Below, piece by piece: positions 56,308-64,000 of a DNA stretch of 64,000 bases. The translations under genes were made by a program, and so were the position numbers. The stretch is from an uncultured Ignavibacteria bacterium (lineage in GTDB: Bacteria; Bacteroidota; Ignavibacteria; Kapaibacteriales; Kapaibacteriaceae), in assembly GCA_903939735.1 (NCBI GenBank), contig CAJAIA010000028.1, positions 115,152-179,151 of the forward strand, written 5' to 3'. Below the pieces are notes generated by a model. That model did not search any database. It was not told the origin of the DNA and saw nothing but the letters and a program-made list of their open reading frames with translations. Numbering within the stretch: the first letter of the stretch is position 1; the number at the start of each line of letters is the position of its first letter.

Positions 56308-57615
56308 TTACTTCGTTCGTACGTGAACCCTACGAACAACTGCATCCCCAATCATAGTTCCATGCTCGTTACCCGCATCGCATCCCCGACGGTAGTGGAT
56401 TCCTCCGTAGAGGCGGCTAACCGAAGCTTCCTGTGCCGCTTGCTTGAAGTTCTTGAATGAACGTGGCTTCCATCCGAACGGCACCTCGGTGCTATCCGTG
56501 AATGCAACATCTCCAAAGTGTGCTGTGAGCACGACTGCCGCCGCTGCAGTGATCGTGGAGTGACCGCTAGCATGCTCTGGGAAGGGTGGAGTCTGGAGCA
56601 TGGGCTCCCACGTCTTGTCGATGTGCTGATTGATGTAGGTAACGGGGCGAATCAGGTTGCCGCGGAACTTCTCTGCCCAACAGGCGGTGAAACCATCGAA
56701 CAGCGCGAAAGCAACCGTCGAGTATACCTCGAAGCAGCGGACCATTGACGCTTGGTGATCTGCAAGAACACGGTTCGTGATATTCATCCAGTGTCCGCCC
56801 GGCGAGATCTGCCGCGAATTGAACACAAAGTGCCCGTGATAATTCGTAAGGACAGGATTATCGTTCCAGAAGTTTGCGATCTCCTTCTGCTCGTCTGTCA
56901 AGTTCTTGCTGACCTCGATTACTTCCATCGCGGCCTTGTAGAACGGAGCGTTCTTCGCCGTGCTGAACGGAATGCTTGGCGGCACAGTGAATTCGCTGGC
57001 GCTCTTGAGCACGATTGTTCTTACCTGCCCGCAGTATGGTGAAAGGGGCTTTGCAAAGTTCGGCGGTGTTGGAATCCAGCACGAGTCGCAGCGGGGCCAT
57101 TCGTAGTCGGGCAGACCCTGCGTGCGAGGATAGCCGTCGGCTTTTGCGTACGCGTTAATCGTCTTACCAACATCAACACCGAAGGCCTTTGAACGATCGA
57201 ACACATCCGCTGGGACTTCCGCCTTAAGCACAGCAAACTGCACAGCGGCCAGGCTATCCGAGATGCTGATGCGATAGAGCAACTTGCTGCATGCAACTTG
57301 CATCGCAGCAACTGTCGCCACTCGGTAGTCATAGGTTGTGCCTGGTTGAGGCTGCGGACAAGCAGTGAACCCATTGAGCTTACCCACCATCGTGGTATAT
57401 CCGGGTTCCGACATGTACGAGGCCTGATAGCCGGCAAGATTCGCGTAGGCATGGATGCGTGCAGCAACGGGCGGACCGAATCCGTCCTCCATGATCACTT
57501 CGATGACACATCTATTCCACTGATGCGCAATGTCCGCGCCAGTCAGTTTCTGCGCTGTTGACGAACCAACCAGCACAAGAAACGCGAGAATGATTGAGAG
57601 TGTCTTCATAGCCAC
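56308..57615 (-). CDS. PAP2 superfamily protein, vanadium-haloperoxidase-like
   Basis: Signal peptide MKTLSIILAFLVLVGSSTAQ. All three PAP2 motifs are present: KFRGNLIRP, PEHASGHS and SRLYGGIHYRRGCD. Confidence 0.75.
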   Translation of the reverse strand: MAMKTLSIILAFLVLVGSSTAQKLTGADIAHQWNRCVIEVIMEDGFGPPVAARIHAYANLAGYQASYMSEPGYTTMVGKLNGFTACPQPQPGTTYDYRVATVAAMQVACSKLLYRISISDSLAAVQFAVLKAEVPADVFDRSKAFGVDVGKTINAYAKADGYPRTQGLPDYEWPRCDSCWIPTPPNFAKPLSPYCGQVRTIVLKSASEFTVPPSIPFSTAKNAPFYKAAMEVIEVSKNLTDEQKEIANFWNDNPVLTNYHGHFVFNSRQISPGGHWMNITNRVLADHQASMVRCFEVYSTVAFALFDGFTACWAEKFRGNLIRPVTYINQHIDKTWEPMLQTPPFPEHASGHSTITAAAAVVLTAHFGDVAFTDSTEVPFGWKPRSFKNFKQAAQEASVSRLYGGIHYRRGCDAGNEHGTMIGDAVVRRVHVRTK

Positions 57616-57648
57616 AAAGGTAGAAAAAGCGGATGTATCTGTCTGAAT

Positions 57649-60600
57649 TTATCGGGTGCCCTTCATGCTCATCGGAAACTCCTGTAGATCAAAGAGTCGC
57701 GGTGACCGTCCGTTGACGGTTACGATGAGCAAGTCCTTTAATCCAGGCACAGGTATAACGGCCATTCTGCGCGAATCGTGTGGGGCGGAAAAACCCGACT
57801 GCCACGGTTCGATTGGCGTCAGCAGTCCCCGCTTATCGTTGCGAAGAACCAAACCCATTCCGGCGTCATATCCGATAACATCGCCATCCTGCGTTTTGGC
57901 ATTCCCCACGATGATCACGTCCTGATCGCCATCCCCATCAAGATCACGAGGCACGACTGCCATTACCGGAGAGATCTGTGCCATTTCAGGAAGTGGCTGC
58001 GCCACGAAACGTCCATCGATGTTCATGTAGATCGTTGATGCAAACGTTCTGGCAATCAATGTGCGGGCGGTATCCTTTACGGCTGGCGCGATGAGGTCGT
58101 CGATGTCGGCATTCGCGAACTGCGCAAACGTGTTGTACTTGCGCGTCAACGTGGGCATGTGCTGGAGGATCGTCGACCGTCCACGTGTCGGCATACGCCG
58201 CCCTTGCACGTCATGTGTCATGATGTGATCGAGTGATCCATTTTCGTCGAAGTCGCTTACGTAGCAAACAATCGGCTTGCCCGCCTCGGGCACGAACTTG
58301 GCGTTGAGTCCGATGTTCCCGGCGACAAGATCATTGTCTCCATCGTTGTCAATATCGACAGCGGCAACCGAGTACCACCATCCTTCTTGTCCATCGAAGC
58401 CAAGCGACGACGACACATCGGTGAACTGACCTTTCGTGTTCCGCCATACGCGAGGAGTCATCCATTGTCCAACCACGACAAGATCCAGATCCTTATCACC
58501 GTCAACATCCGTCCATGTTGCTTGCGACGTAAGTCCACAACGTGCGAGGCCAGGCGCTACCTTATCGGTGACATCAGTTAGCACGCCATTGTCGTTGCGA
58601 TACAGCACGGAGCGTGCAGCCTGCGGGAACTGTCCCGGCACACACCGTCCGCCAATAAACACATCGAGATCGCCATCACGGTCGTAATCCGCCGATACGA
58701 CGCATGAACCACTGTGATAGCCGCCCGGAAGCCCCTTAGCAACACGTGTAAACGTGCCTTTGCCGTCGTTTCGATAGAGTCGGTCCTCAAGTTCCGGATC
58801 ATTAGATGAGAACTCGTTGCCCCCTGTCACAACAATGAGGTCGAGATCCTTGTCGCCATCGACATCCAGCAGCAGGGCATCGACATCTTCTGCATCGACG
58901 ACGTCATCAATTCCGCACGACCATGGCACAAACGTTTCGTCACGCTGTTGCAGGAATGCCGCAGTAGCCTGATACTTCGCGCCTGTCAGCACGACATCTG
59001 CGTATCCATCCCCGTTGATGTCCCCAACGGCAACGCCTGGACCATCCTTTGAGAAACGATACGGCAGTAATCGTTCACGCTTGAAATCGTCGTAGGCGTT
59101 CTCCTTGTGAAAGAACGGGATACTTGCTCGACGCCGTTTCGACATGTATTCGGGTGGATGCGCATCTGGCTTCCATGCTGCCGCGGTAGTCGGCACAGCA
59201 ATCATTGAATAGGCATTGTGTGGCAATACTGTGTGTACAGATCGCACGCCCGTTGGCCAGCGCACGACGCAGGAATCGACCGTCGCGCTACTGCCGAGAC
59301 CAAAGACGAGTCGCGCATCAGAGGTAGAGTGGAACCCGCGTGATGCCGACACCTCACGCGTAAACGTGCGAGTTCCCGCGTGCAGCGTCACCTGCGCGCC
59401 GATGCCATGGGCGTTGCCGGCAGTTCCACGTAGTGCGATTCCAACCCAGCGTGCAGCTGCACCACGCGTCTCGATTGTGCGGTTGATGTAAATCGAGGGC
59501 ACGGTATCGGTGTTACTCACAACCAGGTCAAGATCGCCGTCATTGTCCAAGTCAACCATGGCGGCGCCATTTGACACCTGCGGATCTACCAAACCCGACT
59601 GCATTGTAACGTCGGCAAACTTGAGTCCGGTGGTGTTCCGGAAGAGGAAGTTCGAGAGGGTACTTCGCGGCATTGTCGTGTACGCATCAGAGCGCATCGG
59701 CTCGGCACCGGCGAAGAGATTGTAGGAATAATCCTGGTCGCCGATATCGCGTTTTGTACCATTGGTAACAAACACATCAAGTCGTCCATCGAGATCCATG
59801 TCCCCCATCAGGACGCACCACGACCAGTCTGTTGCGGCTACACCAGCTTGATAACAGATGTTCGAAAATCGTCCATTGCCTCGGTTGAGGTGGAGCGCAT
59901 TATGCACGCGCTGAAGTGAGTCGAAGAACGGACCGTAGATCGACATTCCACCAAGCTGCGTTTGACGACGGTAATCATCGCGTGGAAGCATGTCGAGCGT
60001 CATGATGTCCATCAGCCCGTCATCATTGACATCCCCGATGTCACTACCCATCGATGCCCACGACATATTAGCCATCGCTCGTTGGGCTGAATCGGAAAAC
60101 GTACCGTTTCGATTGTTGAGGTAGATCGCGTCGCGCTCTTCAAAGTCGTTGGTGACAACGATGTCGAGCCATCCATCATTGTTGAGGTCGCCAATGCTCG
60201 CACTCAGGCCATAGCCCTTGTCGTTAATGCCTGACGCTGCAGTGACATCCGTAAATGCACCACCGCCGTCATTGCGGAAGAGCTTATCGCAAAGTCCAGA
60301 ATTGAGATATCCCTTCCTGCGCGGCTCACCACTATTGACGACGTAGACGTCGAGATCGCCATCCCGATCATAGTCGAGCACCGCAGCCTGGGAAGAAAAC
60401 CCACGGATTGACAGCGCCGACGTGGAGGAAACATCGGTGAAGTTCCCCTTGCCATCGTTGGCGAAGAGACGATTAGCGAGATATCGTCGACATACATACA
60501 CGTCGAGATGTCCATCACCCGTGAGATCGGCAACAAGGACACCCGTGTTGACGCTCTCATCGTTGATGCGAATTCCACAGGTTGCGGAAACGTCGCGAAA

Positions 60601-60873
60601 CGTGAGATCCCCATTGCTGAGATATGTTCCCACTCCACGTTGTGTGGACGTAAAGACAAGATCTTGGTAGCCATCACCGTTTAGGTCGCCGACTCCCACG
60701 CCGCCACCGTTATAGGCATAGAAATCGGCTAGGACGTTAAAACTGTCCGACTCGATGATATCGTTACGAAACGTTATCCCAGCGCGCTGCGCGGATAACT
60801 GCTGAAAGATCTGTGCCGGAGCCCGAACCGACAGACAGATCATAACTATAAAGGCCAGAGCAACGATGCTCAT
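57649..60873 (-). CDS. CRTAC1 family protein (FG-GAP/VCBS repeats plus ASPIC/UnbV-like domains)
   Basis: Signal peptide. More than 15 repeats of the type DlngDG.lDl.v.n. Two UnbV-like segments (...WVGIALRGTAGNAHGIGAQVTLH...SASRGFHSTSD...). Confidence 0.8.
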   Translation of the reverse strand: MSIVALAFIVMICLSVRAPAQIFQQLSAQRAGITFRNDIIESDSFNVLADFYAYNGGGVGVGDLNGDGYQDLVFTSTQRGVGTYLSNGDLTFRDVSATCGIRINDESVNTGVLVADLTGDGHLDVYVCRRYLANRLFANDGKGNFTDVSSTSALSIRGFSSQAAVLDYDRDGDLDVYVVNSGEPRRKGYLNSGLCDKLFRNDGGGAFTDVTAASGINDKGYGLSASIGDLNNDGWLDIVVTNDFEERDAIYLNNRNGTFSDSAQRAMANMSWASMGSDIGDVNDDGLMDIMTLDMLPRDDYRRQTQLGGMSIYGPFFDSLQRVHNALHLNRGNGRFSNICYQAGVAATDWSWCVLMGDMDLDGRLDVFVTNGTKRDIGDQDYSYNLFAGAEPMRSDAYTTMPRSTLSNFLFRNTTGLKFADVTMQSGLVDPQVSNGAAMVDLDNDGDLDLVVSNTDTVPSIYINRTIETRGAAARWVGIALRGTAGNAHGIGAQVTLHAGTRTFTREVSASRGFHSTSDARLVFGLGSSATVDSCVVRWPTGVRSVHTVLPHNAYSMIAVPTTAAAWKPDAHPPEYMSKRRRASIPFFHKENAYDDFKRERLLPYRFSKDGPGVAVGDINGDGYADVVLTGAKYQATAAFLQQRDETFVPWSCGIDDVVDAEDVDALLLDVDGDKDLDLIVVTGGNEFSSNDPELEDRLYRNDGKGTFTRVAKGLPGGYHSGSCVVSADYDRDGDLDVFIGGRCVPGQFPQAARSVLYRNDNGVLTDVTDKVAPGLARCGLTSQATWTDVDGDKDLDLVVVGQWMTPRVWRNTKGQFTDVSSSLGFDGQEGWWYSVAAVDIDNDGDNDLVAGNIGLNAKFVPEAGKPIVCYVSDFDENGSLDHIMTHDVQGRRMPTRGRSTILQHMPTLTRKYNTFAQFANADIDDLIAPAVKDTARTLIARTFASTIYMNIDGRFVAQPLPEMAQISPVMAVVPRDLDGDGDQDVIIVGNAKTQDGDVIGYDAGMGLVLRNDKRGLLTPIEPWQSGFSAPHDSRRMAVIPVPGLKDLLIVTVNGRSPRLFDLQEFPMSMKGTR

Positions 60874-60896
60874 AGTCCGTCTCCGTGGTCATGCAC

Positions 60897-61979
60897 TCAG
60901 AAACGCATGCGCAGCGTCACGACGATTCCCACCAGAGCGAAGATGACATTGGCACCCCAGCCAACTACATCTACAGGAATATCGACAACAGCTCCAACAG
61001 CTTGACTAATCTTTGTGAACGCAATGTAGGTAATTGCCAGAATCATCGCGGCAGCAATATTAACGGCCATTCCACCCCTGCGCCGCACGGCTGCAAATGG
61101 GATAGCTATCATCACAACCACAAAATTCACAAAGGGGAACGCCCACTGTCCGGAGAGATCGATCTCCTGTCGACGCGTATCCTTCCCACCCTTCCGTAGG
61201 GTTTCAATATTCTCCGCCAGCTCGGGGAATGTCATCTCATCGGTATTGAGCTGGAGGCGCACAATCTGGTCGTGCCGTACCGAGAACTCAACCGACTGGT
61301 TGTGAATCGGCTCGACGAGGACGCGATCAGGAAGGCGAGTTCGGCGCAGCCCGTTGGGTATAATCCACTGCGAACGTGCATCATCCCAGCGCATGGTATC
61401 TGCATCGATCCGCCATTGAATCCGTGGTTGCGCTGGCGATCCGTACTCTTCAATCGACACGGCGAATGCGATGCGTGCTTCGGCATCGTATCGACGCATC
61501 GACAGATTTCTTGACGGCGACTCACGGAAATGGAGGTCGTTGAGCGAGGTGCGACCCTCGCTACTTCCGAGGTACTCACGTTCGATATCGAGACGCAGCG
61601 TTGCCGCCCGAGGCGCAACCCATCCGTTGAAGTACGTCTGTGCGAAGCTCATCATGAGAGCTACCACCAGAAATGGCATCAGAAAACGCACCGGATGCTG
61701 TCCGCTCGAGCGCATCGCCGTCACCTCGCTGCTAGCACTCAAGCGACCAACAGCGAAAAGTCCGCCCAACATCAGCGCAACTGGGTCGAGCACCTCGCAT
61801 AAGTACGGGAGCATCGCCAGATAGTACATCCCAAGGGTTTGTATGGGGATCTGATGATCAAGGAACTGGCCAAGGTGCTCGAGTAGGTCGATCACAATGA
61901 AGATCGCGCAGAGCGCCAATAGTGCGAACACCATCGAGCTTACGAATTGCTTCAGGACATATCGGTCGAGAATACTCAT
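60897..61979 (-). CDS. LptF/LptG family LPS export permease
   Basis: MSILDRYVLKQFVSSMVFALLALCAIFIVIDLLE, YjgP/YjgQ architecture (3 TM, periplasmic domain, 3 TM). Confidence 0.8.
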   Translation of the reverse strand: MSILDRYVLKQFVSSMVFALLALCAIFIVIDLLEHLGQFLDHQIPIQTLGMYYLAMLPYLCEVLDPVALMLGGLFAVGRLSASSEVTAMRSSGQHPVRFLMPFLVVALMMSFAQTYFNGWVAPRAATLRLDIEREYLGSSEGRTSLNDLHFRESPSRNLSMRRYDAEARIAFAVSIEEYGSPAQPRIQWRIDADTMRWDDARSQWIIPNGLRRTRLPDRVLVEPIHNQSVEFSVRHDQIVRLQLNTDEMTFPELAENIETLRKGGKDTRRQEIDLSGQWAFPFVNFVVVMIAIPFAAVRRRGGMAVNIAAAMILAITYIAFTKISQAVGAVVDIPVDVVGWGANVIFALVGIVVTLRMRF

Positions 61980-62845
61980 CGACGTCGCATCGCCTCGCGC
62001 ACTGCTAGGAGTGACTGCGTCCAGCTATTGGCAATGCCTACGATGGCAAGTGCCGCAGCCGCGAGCAGAATCTCTGATTGCGTGGCACGTCCTACCCAAG
62101 GGGCGAGATGGCGCGCTGATGATTGAAGTGCTAGCACGACAAGCGTACTTGCTACGAGTCCGCATGCACCAGCGAGCAATCCTACAATCGTGTGCGGTGC
62201 TGCAATCCAGCGCATCGGAGCTCCCAGGAGTTCGGCTACACGCAGGTCTGCTCCCGCCCTATGGACTTCGGCGTTGAACGCATATGTGATCGCTACGATG
62301 AAGAGCACGAGACTCAGGATTCCAGCCGCCCCACCGAACACGATAAGCGTTCGGCGGTGTTCTTCGACCATCGCAACGTAGGTGCGCGGCCATGTGATCG
62401 ATGCGATGTTTCGACGCGACGCAGAGCGAAGGTCGTGCGCAAATCGTTCGACAAACTCCTGTGTGACATACTGCGGTGCGAGTCGCACGCGGATCATCGC
62501 AGGCAACTCCGCAATAGCACGAAGGTCTGTATCGGAGATATTCATGTCGGCCGCAAACTCTTTCCACACGGCATCGCTACTGCGGACGGTAGCTTCAACA
62601 ACACCCGGCATCCGAGCAATTGACTGGGACATCGTGCGCGTGCGGACTCCAGTTGAATCGTTGGAGCAGACGACGTCGACAACCATCGCCGAGGCACGCT
62701 CATCGGCATCTCGCCATGTACCAATGGCCCAGACAGCACCGGTGATACACCACGTTGATGCCACGAGGGCTACGATCGCCATACGAAGGACGGGGCCCTT
62801 CCGACGGGTGATCAGCCGACTCGCCGCTTGCAGATGAAACCACAT
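61976..62845 (-). CDS. ftsX: FtsX-like permease (no adjacent ftsE)
   Basis: N-terminal TM, a ~100-aa periplasmic domain, then three C-terminal TMs. ATGA overlap with the downstream lptF/G-like gene. Confidence 0.7.
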   Translation of the reverse strand: MWFHLQAASRLITRRKGPVLRMAIVALVASTWCITGAVWAIGTWRDADERASAMVVDVVCSNDSTGVRTRTMSQSIARMPGVVEATVRSSDAVWKEFAADMNISDTDLRAIAELPAMIRVRLAPQYVTQEFVERFAHDLRSASRRNIASITWPRTYVAMVEEHRRTLIVFGGAAGILSLVLFIVAITYAFNAEVHRAGADLRVAELLGAPMRWIAAPHTIVGLLAGACGLVASTLVVLALQSSARHLAPWVGRATQSEILLAAAALAIVGIANSWTQSLLAVREAMRRR

Positions 62846-62847
62846 CG

Positions 62848-64000
62848 CTACCCCCTCGTTCGCTGTAAGACATGTCGGACGTCATCAATCACTCGACCCA
62901 TTGCACGAATCGGGAAATGGATCTCACGTCGCACATGGGCAAGGCTCAGCCCACCCATCACAAGCGTATTCGCTACCAAGGCAGATCCCACCATCAGAGG
63001 CTGATCAATCAGCACGACAACAAAGAATGTTGCCGCTCCGGCAATGAGACCGAGTGCAGAATACTTCACGATCGCCATGCTCTGTCCCATCGCAGCGATT
63101 ATTGAGTTCATCAGCAGGAATGGCATACCAACACCTGCAAGGATGAGCACGTTAAAATGCGCAATGGCATCTGCGTACGTCGGACCCAACACAACCGTAA
63201 TGAGATTGCTAAGTCCGAGCTCAAGCGCAACAATAGCGATCACCGTGGGGATGAGCGTGACGCTGATAGCCTTGGTGATCAGTACCTGCATGTCTTCCAT
63301 GCGCCGCTGCGCATACATGCGCACAGCTGCTGGATACAGCAGCGTACTCACCGCATCAAATGCTTGCTCGAACACGCGATACAGGTTCTTGGCCGGCGTA
63401 AACGCACCGGCAACTCCTGTACCGAAGAATACCCCAATGGCGAGATTGTCGAGCTGGCGCGGCGCGGAGTTGAGGGCCGTTGCCATCGCAAGTGGAACGC
63501 CATAGCGCAGATATGTGCCGAGGGAGATTCCACCGCTCCAACCGAAGACAAGCTCTTTGCGCGTGAGCACAATCGTGGCAATCGAGGTAGCAGCCATCCC
63601 AACGATGTCAATTGTTACCAAGCTATCAAACGTCGTGAGCGTACCGGATCGAATGAACCACCAGGTAAGCATGGTGCGCACGCCGAACCAGATCGCGTCA
63701 GCGACAAACAAGTCGCGCATGCGCATGTCGCGGTAGATGATCTTAAGACAAAACATGCGCGGCAACGTCACCAACGCATACAGCGGGAGTATATCTGCGA
63801 CACGCCCCAGTCGATAGTCACCAACCATATCAGCCAGCGGATGACCAGCGAGGTAGACACCGAATGTTGCTACGCCAACGATAACCGTGTGAATCAGCAA
63901 GGCCATCGTGTTCACACGTCGGCGCTCGGAGGGTTCAACACCGAATTGGATTACTCCAGCTAGGGCTGAGCCGTCGGACACGATCATGATCCATGTGTTG
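62848..64000 (-). CDS. MOP-superfamily oligosaccharide flippase (Wzx/MurJ-like), 5' end beyond window
   Basis: The track starts it at ATG 63987, but the frame stays open to the window edge (NTWIMIVSDG). More than 10 TM helices. Confidence 0.65.
   Translation of the reverse strand, partial: NTWIMIVSDGSALAGVIQFGVEPSERRRVNTMALLIHTVIVGVATFGVYLAGHPLADMVGDYRLGRVADILPLYALVTLPRMFCLKIIYRDMRMRDLFVADAIWFGVRTMLTWWFIRSGTLTTFDSLVTIDIVGMAATSIATIVLTRKELVFGWSGGISLGTYLRYGVPLAMATALNSAPRQLDNLAIGVFFGTGVAGAFTPAKNLYRVFEQAFDAVSTLLYPAAVRMYAQRRMEDMQVLITKAISVTLIPTVIAIVALELGLSNLITVVLGPTYADAIAHFNVLILAGVGMPFLLMNSIIAAMGQSMAIVKYSALGLIAGAATFFVVVLIDQPLMVGSALVANTLVMGGLSLAHVRREIHFPIRAMGRVIDDVRHVLQRTRG

Overview
Gene-dense chromosomal segment with about 50 CDS. 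I found no rRNA, tRNA, CRISPR array, transposase or integrase.

Gene content suggests a non-Bacteroidia member of the FCB group (inference). Five large secreted proteins end in T9SS-type C-terminal sorting domains, and a GldL/GldM-like pair and a b558-type sdhCAB are present. Unlike Bacteroidia, many genes have clear GGAG Shine-Dalgarno sites.

Most of the window is housekeeping:
- pdxJ, sdhCAB, mltG, prfC, deoC
- ptsH-ptsI, tsaC, ffh-rpsP, dnaB
- murA, mazG, lptF/G-like, ftsX-like

Interleaved with these are envelope and secretion genes: T9SS cargo, OmpA/Omp85/beta-barrel proteins and a TonB-dependent receptor.

Things the ORF track does not show:
- A ~1048-codon minus-strand cargo gene that runs off the left edge.
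- A TPP riboswitch in front of the TonB-dependent receptor.
- Two genes (ptsI and an EnvC-like M23 peptidase) whose conserved N-termini lie upstream of any ATG/GTG/TTG. Both appear to start at a CTG that overlaps the upstream stop as CTGA.
- Three strong intrinsic terminators.

I did not find a convincing, entirely new multi-gene system. The best candidates for follow-up are:
- the orphan, divergent GldL/GldM-like motor pair
- the CTGA-coupled CTG starts
- the riboswitch-led TBDR cluster (SET, hydroxylase, solo nuoC downstream)
- the CRTAC1 / haloperoxidase-like / lipoprotein / solo-paaA block
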